A DNA stretch of 60,532 nucleotides, filler included, from Platydemus manokwari (lineage: Eukaryota), in assembly GCA_037951405.1 (NCBI GenBank). It is 5 parts of 5 records of this genome, joined end to end, with 100 filler letters (N's around TTAATTAATTAA, not from the genome) between each part and the next. Parts side by side here need not be neighbours in the genome. Positions count along the whole stretch, not along the records: positions 1 to 13,962 come from JBBMOY011564744.1; 4 more parts are not named here. One strand, given 5' to 3'. The notes beneath the pieces were generated by a model that was not told the origin of the DNA, searched no databases, and worked only from the letters and a program-made list of their open reading frames with translations. Shown here piece by piece: positions 1 to 13,511 of the stretch. The translations under genes and the position numbers were made by a program. Position 1 is the stretch's first letter, and the number at the start of each line of letters is the position of its first letter.

Positions 1-3000
1 TACGACATTATATGCAAGCAATACTCCCAGCGACATCTTTTATCAAATCGAAATTTTAAGGTTATACACCCAATAAAACAAACACAATAAAAATAATAAT
101 AATAATCGGTTATCATTGATTGAAAATTATAAATAGAAACCTTTGATAAATTGAATTTATTTACATAATAGAATCATAGTGATTAATTGTCTAGTTTGTG
201 TTAACATGAAATGTTTTATGAATGGATGTTTTGCTATAAATTCATTGAAAAGATCGGAATTTTATCGATAAAATCCACTGGAAAATGGACAACTAACTAA
301 CCTACTGTTGAGGAAAGAGCTAAGCAAATTAACCATACAGGAAGTGTTCAATGAAATGATTTGATTTTCTATTGTTCCAATTTAACATCGTTATTTTATT
401 TGAAATAACTCCGATAACACTTATCATTCATAAAGTAACACAAAAGATCAAATGGAGATATTTTGTTTATTTTATCTTATTTTGTTACTGTGGGTTTAAT
501 CATGTTATTTCTTATATTTTCAAAAAAACAATTCCTATATTTAACATTATAATTATGGTTTCATACGAAAGTCAATCAACATTTTTTATTGAATTTAAGT
601 AAAATTTTCTCTGGTTAGTCATGCAAACATATTTAGATATAAACATTCTCAGTGATTAAGTATAGTACATAAAATTTAATTGATTTGGCAATATATTTAT
701 TCCTTAGACGATTTCAATAAATTTTAAAAAACAAAAATTATCAAACAAATTAAAATTATCACAAAACATTCCATATTAAATAATGAAATCTAAAATTATA
801 GAGATTATAAAATTATGATCCATAAATTTTAAAATAAGTTTATATGTTAATTAAATCAGTATGTTATTTAAGAAACAAATTATAAGATTATTATTTACTT
901 ACTACTACTTCATCAAATATTAATTGTAAACGAATCTAATAACTTCAAAAATAAGAATTACAAAAGAATATTTAATGAAAATTAAATCGATCACGAATTT
1001 AAACGAAAATCATTTTACATCATATTGATAGCATATTTATTTTGTAAATCATTAAGCTTGAGTTTGTTAAGAAAACAAAAATTGAATCTAGGATAGATAA
1101 AGTTAAAAGAATACAATCAGATTTCCGTTACCTTTTATTATAAAAACCATCCATTAATGGCTACATTGTTATGGGCATTCTTTCGCATTTGATTTATGTG
1201 GTTGAATTTTATTCGATTATAATTCTTTGAACACATTTCCCCTTTAAAGATAAGAGATTAGAAGAAATATGATTTGAAGAAAAAAATGTCTCAACAAAAA
1301 TCTTAATTCATAAAAATAATTCATTAGCAGGTTTTCAAACTATTATGTGACCATTGTTTCGGTATTCCCACAACTTTTCAAAGCCTTACACATTGGCCTA
1401 GCTAGGAATATCTATTTTAATTATATACACATATATAATATAGTTCAACAGAGTTTAAGTTTTTGTCTAGTAATAGAATGAAAATGAGGTTGCTCTTAGA
1501 TATTTGGTTTCATAAGTTGTAAGTTATACTTAACGCATTTTTTATTACTCTTTACAACTTCAGATAATTTTTCATTTGATTATTATTATTGAATACTATT
1601 TTGTGATCTGACAAGGTTAAATTTTATATTTAAATGGAATTCCATCAATTGATATATACCGTATGCATATTGACAAAAGAGAGAAAGAAACTTTTTAAAA
1701 TTTTCTCAAAATAACTAAATAAAAAGCTTTTAAAAAATCAATAATCCAATGGAATTATGTAATGTAAAAAATATGTAATAAAGAGTAATTGCTGCCGAAC
1801 GCCGACATATTCTTTGTTTACCATCGATAGAAACATAAACATTTTCGTAATTGAAGTCATGGATTTCAATGTGCATATATTTGTTTAATTTTACCAATTA
1901 CGCTTACTTCCTCTAATTGATATTTTAAAAAATGAGATCTAGCAAGAATTTGTATAAACGTCAATATGTTCTATTTTTATCTATTGTTTAACAGTAGCAG
2001 TCGTAGTAAATGTAAATATCATGAATTTTTCTTCAAACTGTTCTCCCTTATTTTGTCAAAGTGCTCTTTGGTTTCCTGAAAGTATAAATCCAAAAATGAA
2101 GAATTGCCTTAAAAATGGTCTTTTCATCATGTTTAGACAAGGTAGTTATGCTTACAAGCTCATTAAACCTCACTGTCATAACAAATAAGTATATTTTGTT
2201 ATTCCGAACTTTGTCCATGTTGACATATTAACTACTTCTATGAAGAATACTCCACTCAGAATCAATCTAATTATTTTCAGCTTGGACTTCTTTCAACTCT
2301 CTTCATTCATAACGCTAACGGAAGTTTCTGAGTTCAATTGTAAATATATTTCGACATTATTATCGAATATCATGCTCTATTCTCTTTTGTCATTCTCCGA
2401 AACATTCTTCACTTCCCTGTACATTCGGATTATTGATATTATCAGATCTTATTGATCCAACTCCTCTGGGTTTTTTATTATATTTGTCCATATATTAGAC
2501 AATTATTTCTCAATGAGCACTGATATTTAAAATAATCTCATTCGACTCAGCAGAAATAATCTTTCATCTTTCGGCTCTGGCAAACTACATCTCTCATTAT
2601 AAATTTTTCTGACAATCTACTTCATTGATGGTAAAGTCTTATATATTGTTTCTCTTCCAATATTAGTAGTTTTAATTCTACGAAACTAACCTTCTATTCG
2701 AAATTTCCTTATCCATTTCTTTGGAATTTCTTATAACTGGAGAATAATTTGGTCTCTCTATTCCATTTATATTGGTAACACTAGAAATTTGTTGAGATAC
2801 TTAAATTTACAAAAACTACAAGGAACTGAACTTTCCATTCTCTCGCTTTGTTAAAAGAGCTTCAAAAGAAACAATATCTTTAACAATTGCTTCACACATC
2901 GAGACTGAATTCATAACTGACTCTACCAATTTTTGAATATTGTATCTTCTTCTTTATTTGCTTCATTATTGAAATTCTCTCACAGAGATCCCATCTACTT

Positions 3001-6000
3001 TCGATAATAATATGTCAAAGCACTTAGAATATTATGGCTATTTTCCTTATCCTGGATCCATCGAGTAGCTTCGTCTGGTTTTAGCAGTCATATTTTCGAA
3101 CATTAAGGATCTTTTGTGCGACTTAGGCAACAATAACATTTTGTGGTATTGGCTTCTGGCAACATTGACTGGGTTTTGCAAATTATTTATCATTTTCAGT
3201 AGGCTTAATCTTAATTTGTTTATTTACATGAATATTTTTTACATAAAGGATTTTGCAACGAGATGTCCACTATTATACTTAAGTTATAATAATTTTTCTT
3301 TTATCTAGTGTATTGTTGGTGGTTTATTTAAAAATCCCATTGTTATATTGATTATATAAAGTATATTTATTGTGTTATCGATATAAATCTCATTCATTCT
3401 AATATTCATTACCAAACTACGACATACAAGATATATAAATCTATCATAATTGTTGTGTGTTGGGTAGGTCACAAAAAAAACCAAAATATTTACGAAAACC
3501 ACAGAAATAAAGGATTGATAAACACAAGCGCCGTGTCAATAGCCAATAAGATTCTTCCCAAATCAATTTATATTTAGAATTCAATAATCGACTGGCTCAT
3601 ACCAACAACTGTCAAGAAACGTTGAGATTCGTCAATGGTAAAAGTATTGTATTAGAAATTAATAAGAGAACGACTTGTGAGTCTAACGAATGAAAAGTGA
3701 AACTCTGAAACATCAAATGAAGGCACACGATGAGCCTATAAAAGGAATTCAATTTCACGAGCATCTGCCAATCTTTTAGATCGGTAACTCTTATCATGTG
3801 TTACTTTTAGGTGATTTTTCAAAATACCAGTTTTTTAGTTACCCCCTGTTTTGTCGATTAACTTTTTTGTTGATTTAGTATGATTTTAATCGTATCTGAT
3901 CAACAAATCGAGGTTTGTAATTTATTGTGATTTAAATTACAACTTTTACTATTCAGAGTTAATTAATATACTAACATAAAAGAATTTAAAAAGAACACTC
4001 ATTAATTTTGATAATTACTTATTTTAAAATCATAATGTTTAATATGTTCCATTTTTCTTTGTATTTACTTATTTTTTGGAGAATTCAAGATTTCGTGCTT
4101 TTATTGACTAGAAAGACTCAAAAATAATAAAAAACAAAACAACATTAATTAAAATTAATTTGGACTATATTTTTTACATTTTCTTGTTATAAATACACTA
4201 ATGAAGGATTCTCAAAAAATATATATACCTATAAAATTTTGTAATATACTCAGATACTTTAATAGAGAAGGCTAAAATTAATTGAAATAGAAGTTAAATA
4301 ATGACAATAACTAACACATAAAATAGAAGTGTGTCCTTGATTATGAAAGTGGTATAAGTCATATATTTCTTGTTTGGAGATATTAAGGGATTTGAATTTT
4401 AAAGAATTAAAAAATATTTGTGTATTATGGAATGAAATATTTTGACAATTAATTAGCGCCGGTAAATCAGTATTTAATATGATTGTGAAATTTATTACCA
4501 TTTTTAAATGGAAATTTGGTTTTGAAAGGTTGAAATGACTTATACCACTCAAGGGCTCAAGTATAATTAGAAATTTTAAATACCAAAATTATGCACAAAA
4601 ACTGACTTTAATTTTAAACTGAAATCAATCCAAACATTCCAACAATACAAATTGAGCGCTACAAGGACATAATCCAAATCAACTTTTACTAGGAATGTAC
4701 TTCGATTATTAAATCGAAATCAAATTTCAATTATATTTGAAAATCGATCCTCTATTATATAACTTTATATTATTCAAGGGAATAATTTTAAGTACTAAAT
4801 CAAATGATCGTATTTTAAAAATTCTATTTACTTATTTTTAAAGAATGATAATTTGAATTTATTATTTTTAACCAATTTAAAAAAAATTAACATTTTTGAT
4901 CAATTTTTATTAGAAATTAAATATTTTTAATTTAAATTAAAATGAATTTGAAAATTGAATTTGAAATTACATATCTTTTATATTATACAAAAATTAAATC
5001 AAATTACCTGACTGGATGATTCAATGAAATTTATAACATACAATTTGTTTTACAGAATTATTTGGTGGGTGATATCTCAATAAATATAAAAATAATAGAA
5101 ATTAAAGAATAAATCTGAATATTGATTTCATAATCGAGAAAACACAATTAAATATTTAATTTGTTTTTTTCCTTTAGACGTGTATAATACAAAGTTCGTT
5201 ATACAATTCTAAGCATAAATAAGTATGATAATAATAAGTAAGAGTATTGTAAAATTTATGCTGATGAAAGTAGAAAACTATTAAGTTAATAGAAAGTATA
5301 TAAATTATTTATACGAAATATTCCTAATATGATGTAATTTATAATATGGTGACATTTTCCGAGAAAATTTTAAGCTGAAGTATGAATAGAAATTTATTAT
5401 TTATTATGGAAATATTGTCGATTAAACTATTATTCTGTCTCATAACTTATTCTCTGTATCTGCTAAAGGAAATCGATAAATCAGAAAGTAAAAAATGTGA
5501 AAATGAAAACTAAATTTACAAACGAAAATTCAACGGAAACTTCTTGACTTTATCAAAATTTCAATTGGATTATTGAAAATATTTAAAAATTTTAACATTT
5601 TTTATAGAAACCTAAATTACATAACGTAAAAAATTAAGTTATATGTACGGTATTTCTCTTTGGTAATTACATTTATATTCAAAACTATAATCTAAGAAAA
5701 GTTAACTTTCTAAGTTCAAGATCAAATTATTATTCTGTCTACTGGAAATAATTTTTAAAAATGAATTAATTAATGGTATTAAAAAAGTTTTTCTTCTATA
5801 TTTCACTTTTGATAATACAATTCTTCCCAATGAACCTCGGAATTTTATATTACAATGAACATAATAGTTTATTTTGTGAAGATAACACTGGAATTTCAAC
5901 GACGATTCTATCAACATTTGTGTATTTTTTCGGACATTCTTGCTATCTTATTAATAGAATTCATCGTAGACTACCATTGTTAATTGACCAATTTCGATAT

Positions 6001-6614
6001 TTATAATATATTTGATTTTAACTTCCTCAATTGCAAGGTCAATTTAAAAAAATTGGTTAGATTGATCTATAGAATTTTTAATTCGCTATTAATATCGTTG
6101 GCTAATTTTTTCAAACTACCACCCTTTTCGTCCAATACTTTCAGAAAGCAAACATCTAATGTCCATTTTTGACATATTTTAGCTGTAATTCTCGAAAAAT
6201 GTTTTATCACATAAAATTTAAATAATTAATCAAAACGTAATTAGAAGGATTACAATCGACAAAAATTTAGAACATTTGATAAATAAAGTCTAAAATAGAA
6301 GTTGAATTGCTAGATGAAAATTAATAACATAAATTAAACCACGATAATTCATTGTAGATCCAAATAATAATAATACAGCTAATATATATTATTTATATCA
6401 TGGTGCACACAAAATATAGATGTTCAAGTGAGAGAATCAAACTACAGTTTTGTATAAAAAGTCATTTAAAATCTGTAAATCAAACCAAAATCCATAAAAA
6501 ACAACTGACCAGATCTAATAACATAAAATCATTAAAAAAAAAGACAAAATTATATTAATCGAATATTTTCAAATGCAAAAACTCAAAACATAAAAACAAA
6601 CTAAAAACATCAAA

Positions 6615-7954
6615 TCAATAACGGTAATGATCTGGTTTGAATGGGCCATCCATTGGAATATTCAAATAATCGGCTTGATCTGACAGAATTCTCGTTAATT
6701 TCATACCCAAATGTTCCAGATGAGTTAGAGCCACCTCCTCATCTAATTTCTTAGGTAAGAAATACACACCAACTTTATATTGATCAGTCTTTGTCCACAA
6801 TTCAATTTGTGCAAGAACTTGATTCGTGAATGAATTGCTCATCACAAAACTTGGATGTCCATGAGCACATCCTAAATTCACAAGTCGACCTTCGGCTAAC
6901 AATATTATATGTCGACCATTCTTCAACTTATAACGATCAACTTGAGGTTTGATGGTATCCTTTGATTGACAATTCTCATTCAACCATTTCGTTTCAACTT
7001 CAATATCGAAATGTCCAATATTACAAACAATTGAATCATCGAGCATTTGTTCAAAATGTCGACCAACAATTACATCTTTACAACCACTTGCTGTTACAAA
7101 CAATCTCGCTTTCTTTACTGCCTCCTCAACGGTTGTCACTTCATAACCTTCCATTGCTGCTTGCAATGCATTTATCGGATCAATTTCCGATACAAGTACA
7201 CGACAACCAAATGCTCTTAAAGCTTGACAACAACCTTTTCCAACATCTCCATAACCAGCAACTAAAGCGACTTTTCCTGCTAACATTACATCAGTCGCTC
7301 TTTTGATACCATCGACGAGAGATTCGCGACATCCATACAAATTGTCGAATTTGCTTTTTGTTACGGAATCGTTGACATTGATAGCAGGACATTTTAACTT
7401 TCCATTGGCCATCATTTTATACAGATTATGCACTCCAGTTGTTGTTTCTTCAGAGATGCCTTTAATCGATTTCAGTAAATGTGGATATTTTTCATGGACA
7501 AGATTTGTTAGATCTCCACCATCATCGAGAATCATGTTTAATGGTTGTCCATCGGGGAATATTAATGTTTGTTCCATACACCACAAGTACTCTTCATCTG
7601 TTTCACCTTTCCATGCATATACAGGAACACCAGTTTTAGCAATAGCTGCTGCTGCATGATCTTGAGTACTAAAAATATTACAAGATGACCACTGAACTTG
7701 TGCACCCAGTGCAGTCAAAGTTTCAATTAGAACTGCAGTTTGTACAGTCATGTGTAGACATCCAGCTATTCTTGCACCAGCTAAAGGCTGTTTTGCCCCG
7801 TATACATGCCTCATCATCATAAGACCAGGCATTTCATTTTCTGCTATAATAATTGTTTTACGACCCCATTCAGACAATCCAATATCAGCTGAAAATAATT
7901 TAAGTAAAATTATTGATACTTTTACATACCAACTTTATAAAGCAGTTTATACAT
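6615..7954 (-). CDS. AHCY: S-adenosylhomocysteine hydrolase (adenosylhomocysteinase), 2 exons: 7930..7954 and 6615..7888, 432 aa
   Basis: Motifs [66 protein letters not shown] and C-terminal [10 protein letters not shown]. Micro-exon ATG TAT AAA CTG CTT TAT AAA GTT G|gtatgt joins ttttcag|CT GAT ATT GGA across a 41-nt intron to give [19 protein letters not shown]. Confidence 0.97.
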
Positions 7955-9180
7955 AATAATTTTATCTAAATTTCATGTTAACATTAACATTTGTATAACT
8001 ATTTGAAATTATTTTATAAATAATTAATTAAACAAAATCAAAAATATTGCAAAAACTTAATTGAAATATAATATTTTATAAATAAATAAAAAAACGGTAA
8101 TGTATAAATATTCAATTTACTTCAATAAATCTTTAAATTGAAATATTTTAATAAATTTTTCATTTGAATAATTATGATTTTATTTGATAATATATAATAT
8201 TTAAGTCTACATTAGCAAGAGCTACTTTGAGAGATGTCAGAATCTGAACCGACAAAGAGATTTGTTGGACATTTACAGATTGTTTGAGAGTGAGAAACCT
8301 TTTTAATTGCATTATCCTGATCATTATTTTACACCATTAACTAATTTAATAATTTTTTTTATTAATAATAATATTAGTCCCCTCCATTTGGTTTTTTTAA
8401 ATCATTCGCTTGGATATTTGCATAACTTCCCAGTTATTTGCTGTTTTTTTGTATCTTGTTCAATTTCTACATTTCTTAAACAAATCATATTAATACAAAT
8501 CATCATTTTTTATTTGTCTCTACTCAGATAAAATAAAAGCATTATTATTTATTAATAATGCCTTATGTTCGATACCAAGCAAATTTACTGCAGTGAGACC
8601 AATAATCCTAGCTTCAACAATTAATTTACATAGCCTCAAAACCTTTAGGCATTTCAGTTAAGTTTTCCAATAACTTCGTTCTTATATGAGTTTGAACTGA
8701 ACTCCTTTAGAACCAGTGAGAGCAATCATGAAACATTGTAGTGTTTCTTCTTTGCTTACTTTTTACCCTATGTTGTATATCATGGATTTCCAAAGTCGGC
8801 GGTACCGCCTCATAGTGGGCTTTGCAAGGATCCAGAGAGTCGGTGGTGAATACAAGCTCACTTTGGGGCGATAATACTATAAGAATGTAAGAAAATGATT
8901 ATTAAAAATTTTGATATATCTCGTATGTTCAAAACGCTTAATTTGTCTTTAAATACAGCAGAATCCCCACAATTGCTTAAATCTGATAAATGTCAGTTAG
9001 CTGTTTGTCTAGTAAAGTTTTTTGGCGCTTTGTTCTGTTTCTCCGACTGCTTTTATACTAATTTTCGTTATCTCTGTGCCCAATCATAAATTTTCTAATT
9101 TTGGAATTCTAAAATCCTATTTTTATTTTCTGATCTATTATTGGAATTAATAAATTATATTCTTAGATTCTAATCTATTT

Positions 9181-9501
9181 CTTTCCTGTGTTCCGTCTGG
9201 TTTGGCATACCTTGCAGACTGTACACCATTCGTGTATGTCTTTTTTCATATTTAGCCAATAGTATTTTTGTCAGATACGGCTCATGGTTTTCCTGGCGGG
9301 CAGGTTTCCACCTAAAGTTCCGTCGTGATACTGTAGAAGTACTATATTTCGTAGAACTTGGGGTAAGACGATGAGATTATTGCTATCGGTTTGATACTTC
9401 ACGATATCGGCTTGGATAAGAAATCTTCCTTGTTCTCCTTTGATTTGTTTGAGTTTTTTGTCTAAGACGTAAGGTCTACTCGTTTTGTAATTTCTGACCA
9501 T
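9181..9501 (-). pseudogene. Integrase N-terminal zinc-binding (HHCC-type) region, truncated before the DDE core
   Basis: LIVLPQVLRNIVLLQYHDGTLGGNLPARKTMSRI*QKYYWLNMKKDIHEWCTVCKVCQTRR, with an in-frame stop and the second His replaced by Asn. Confidence 0.85.
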
Positions 9502-10295
9502 TGTTCTGTTTTGTATTCTATTGTTTTTACAATTTGCATAATGTCATCATCCTCTTTTTGCAATGCTGCTATATCATATTGGTTGCTTAATGTTTGGTTA
9601 GCAGTGAGTATAATTTCGGCAGTGACTTCATATTCTGTAGTGTCGGTTCGGGATAATACGTCAGCATTTCCGTTGGCTTTGCCTTTTCTATAGCACAGCT
9701 TGATATTGTATTGTCGTAGCTTTAAAGCCCATCTGATGAGTCTTGAGGCTGTGCCTCTGTGTTGCAACAACCATTGTAAAGGTTTGTGATCTGTGGTTTC
9801 GACTCGTGGTGGGATTTCTCCGGTTTCTCCTACATAAATTTCTGCATCGCCTCGTCTTTTCTGTTTGGCGATGGAAATTAATTTCCCTGTGCTGCAATCG
9901 TACACATTATCTTTCAATTGTTTTATTGCATCTTGTCCAACTACGAAATGAGATAGTGCCCCTGTTGATACTCTGGCTTCGACTGTTAACATCTGATTGC
10001 AGATGTGTAACCTACATGGTAGTATTTCTAATAAAGGCAGTTTTGTTCCATTGATTCCAACTATAAGCAGCTGATTTTCATCTTTAATGAGGTTTTGCAT
10101 TTCTATGTGGTTTAGTATTTCCGACCTGATGATAGTGACATCAGCTCCTGTATCTATGAGTGCCATTACAGAGTGGCGGTTAAGTTTTATCTGCATGAGT
10201 CCATTTCTGCCTGTGCTGGCTACGTGGACGTAATCTACCAATCCTCGCTGGTTTTGTCCTTTGATCCTTATGTCATCTTCCTGGTTGTCGATCAT
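9462..10295 (-). pseudogene. Retropepsin protease fused in frame to the RNase H C-terminus (RT deleted)
   Basis: MALIDTGADVTII...FVVGQDAI (protease), then directly TDHKPLQWLL...RLIRWALKLRQYNIKLCYRKGKANGNADVLSR (Ty3/gypsy RNase H end). Confidence 0.88.
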
Positions 10296-10599
10296 TGCCT
10301 ATAGCTCCGTTGTAGGATAAGTTTTCCGTTTGTCATTTCGAGATTTCCCTACAGGTTCCTTGAATTCTTGTTCATTTGAGTCTCCTTGTCTGATCGGTAT
10401 GTCTTGCTCGACTTGTACTAGGCAATAAGGTGGTGCACTGACTGTTGGCTGGTGCCACTGGATGTCACCATGTGTATTTGTGTACCTTTTGGTTTAATTC
10501 TTTCTGTCCAACTTGTAAATGCGTTGGAATATTCTTCATCGCTTTCGTCATTTGTTGACCATCTTGGTTTCCGGATGGTATGTTGCTTTTCCTCCATCC

Positions 10600-12320
10600 A
10601 CGTTTTCGTTTGTTTTATTTCCCTTCGGTGTTGTGCATGTATAAAGTGGTCGGCGCCGGGTGGACATAGTGCCAATAGAATTCTTCTGGTGCATCCGAAG
10701 GCTCGGTATAATAAAAACGCTGTCATTGCTCGGTGAAAAAAGAATGTTCCAAATGTCATAAAGCTACCCCAAATTTGGTACATGAAATTAACGGCGGCTT
10801 TCATGCAATGTTCGGCGGTAACCAGGTTTTCATAGTCTGATCCTTGATCCATCCTGGTAAATTCGTCTGATTATCTCAGTAATGCCTCAATCCCTTAGTT
10901 GCGGAAACATTAACGCTCGTCTAGCATCTTCGATATCTTTTGAGTTTATCGGTCCTAAACTGACACGTCCCTCTATTTCACTTAGATTTAGTGTCTGTAC
11001 TGGTAGGCGTGGTAATCCTCTTGATAATAGTGTCATCCATGCATTCTTAATCTTGTATAGTGGTGCAAAAAGTGGTGTGCACGTTCCCTTTGTAGGCTTG
11101 GCGTTTGGCTCCAATAGTATCCTGGTAATTGAAACCCTATATCTGCTTTTCCCTTGATACATGACCTTTAATTCGTTTGTGCATTCATGTCCATGAGCCA
11201 TCATGACTTGTACCTCTGTACAGTGAAACTCGTACCAGGCTTCTCCATTTACCTTGCCATATTGTTCTTTTTCCATGATGATGGGTGTGATTAAGTTTGG
11301 ATTCGCTATGGCAATAGCTAGTCGGTTGGCAGTTGACAATTAGTGTTTCCTGGTAGATCTCGAGTAGCTGTGACTGTAAGTCATGGTAGAGGAAGTCTCC
11401 TTTATTGTTCATATAGCTGGCAAGTTTAATGTCATTTTTGTGAAGTGTTTGTGCGTTTTTTAGCTTCTCTTTGCTGTAATAGACACCTTCATAATTGGTA
11501 CTGTGATTGGTGCTTTGGTTACTAGTCGAATGACGTCGGAAGACTTGTTTGACATCAGTATTGTAGATACGGCGCGTTCCTTTCTGTCTGAGCGCTCTGC
11601 AGCTCTTTCTAATTGTTTGTCGGTTACATGGGTGCCTGTTCGTTTCTCATAGACTAGCTTGGTACCAGTTATAGCAATGAATGGTCCGCTTTTAAGTAGT
11701 ATCATTTCACAGTTCTACAATTTCCGTGTTGTAAGTAACACTTTGGGTATTGTGTCATTAATCCGGTTTTGGCATCAAATGTTGCCTCAAAAGAGTGTAG
11801 TTCCACTCGGTTATCTTCAATGGTTACTAACCAGGAGGTAGATACTCCGTCCTGAAACTTGGTTCTTCCGGTACATTCTCTATTATGAGTTATTGTTCCA
11901 CCACTGGTTATTATCTCTTGCGTAATCATGTTTGGTTCTACCGTTAAACTTAGTTCAGTGTCGATACGCAGTTTTTTGGTTACGAATCCATCTCGGTAGT
12001 CGATTGGTGCTATGTTCAATATTCGTGGGATTAGTTTAGCGTCTAGTACCACTGTTCTACTATGGTATCCGCAGTAGTACTCGAAAGTTGCTACCTCAAC
12101 TCGGCATTCTTGTACCATGGCTCGTATGAAGTCATTCTCTTGGTAGATGTAATAAGTGTCTGGTTCACTTTTCTGTAACTGGTGCGGTCGCACGGTTGGG
12201 CAATTTATAGAGTCCACTAGAGAGTAGATATTGGATATCTTTGCTTTTCCGTAATCGTAGGCTTGAAGTAGAGTGGTTTTCCCTATTAGACTCATGATTA
12301 GCAGGATTTTGAGTAGTCCT
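10600..12320 (-). pseudogene. Chuvirus-like envelope glycoprotein of element A (frameshifted)
   Basis: Hydrophobic signal LLKILLIMSLIG, then AYD(Y)G..YSLVDSINCP, ECRVEVATFEYYCGYHS, YMNNKGDFLYH, AIANPNLITPI, GEAWYEFHCTEVQV..HECTNELKVMY, ITRILL, DIEDARRALMFP and TM region WGSFMTFGTFF..FGCTRRILLALCPP. Confidence 0.75.
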
Positions 12321-12385
12321 CCTAAATCGTATCCTTGGTTGCTTGAGTGTTTTATGTTTGCTTTATGTTTATCTGGCTTTCGGTT

Positions 12386-12765
12386 TAAGGTGGTCCATCC
12401 ACCTTTGTCTTCTAACCATTGGATTAGGTATCTTTGGCACGTCTGCGATGCTTGCATAACGACATCTTTAAAATGACTCGGTTCCTGATAGGATGAGGTG
12501 ATGATCTGCTGTATCAGGTATGTGAGGGCTACTTTTACGCTCTCCAGGGTCAGTCCTTCCTGAGTTAGTTCAGCTATTATGGTACGTGGGTTGGCATCTC
12601 CCTGGTTTAGTATCTGTTTCATCTTTAGCAGGTATCTTCGGATTGAGCGTATAACCCTTTCGTGCCCGTCGGTTTCTTGGTTAGGGATTCGCGGATTATG
12701 CTGTTCTACCCCGTGTGGTAATGTTAACAAGATTGTTTGGATATCCGTCTCTCGGGTATCGTGGT
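12386..12765 (-). other. Bcl-2-fold-like domain in the element A polyprotein
   Basis: BH4-like HDTRETDIQTILLTLPHG, BH1-position AELTQEGLTLESV (NWGR absent) and BH2-like RYLIQWLEDKGGWTTL with near Bcl-2 spacing, followed by a hydrophobic tail. Confidence 0.6.
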
Positions 12766-13259
12766 TAGCGTCTGCTACTTTTCTCAGGATTTTTGCCTGG
12801 ATTTTGGCGCAAGTCTTCTCGTTTCGTTCCTCCATGAAAGGTGGTCTACCTCGTTTCCGTTTGTTGAACGCTTGTGATTCGGTTTCTAATTCGTGCATGA
12901 TTTTCGTGATAGGTTCGATCTTGTTTTAGATTTGAACCTCTACGGGGACGTTTTCTTAGAGTTCGGTGAGGCCCTTGACGATTGGTGTGTTTAAAAATGC
13001 ATCCAAGTCGACCTCGTAGTTTGGCTGGATCTCGTTTGGTGGATCCGTATTGATTGTCCGGGCCCTTCTGGTTCGGGCGGTCTCGGAAGTGTGATAGTGG
13101 CTCGTTTCCACTAGTACTGGTATTGATTTGGCTGTGGTGATGTGCCCAGGCAGGCATCCTACATTGACCAAGTATTCATCGTCATCTACAGGGTGTTCCC
13201 ATATTGCCATGACGAATGGTTCCCGTACGGGTTGTGCTTTCTTGATGACGGTTCTCAGC

Positions 13260-13511
13260 CGTTTTACTTTGCAATAAATAGATTGCTGTGTTTCCAATGC
13301 TCCGAATTCTGGAGTGTGAATCTGCATTCTGACGCAACAGTGGGCTGTGACTCATCAGATGTCCGTTTTTCTGCAGAAATAGTTGGATTTCTACTTGGTA
13401 CTCAGAAGGCTTTCTGAGTTGCGTTACTAGCATTAGTGCTACTTTGTCTATGATATCGGTTGGCACGATGACTTGAATTATGTCTCCAAGCATTTGCTTG
13501 ATCCTTGTGGT
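13260..13511 (-). other. Ubiquitin-like domain in element A
   Basis: TRIKQMLGDIIQVIVPTDIIDKVALML aligns with ubiquitin [28 protein letters not shown]. It is followed by QLFLQKNGHLMSHSPLLRQ. Confidence 0.55.

Noticed and set aside
1100-3800. Faint retroelement-like traces (Cys motif near 1350, WLIPTTVK-like RT remnant near 3600)
   Set aside because: Too degenerate to assign by eye. The same applies to similar traces at about 37.7-38.7 kb and 41.7-42.9 kb.
6962-7956. Plus-strand ORFs overlapping AHCY, and similar ones over RPC2, CC2D1 and the retroelements
   Set aside because: Antisense shadows of real coding sequence with no recognisable motifs.
10420-10450. SAPPY as a viral late domain in the GP tail
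   Set aside because: It is not a canonical PPxY or P(T/S)AP motif, depends on frameshift placement and is not seen in element B.
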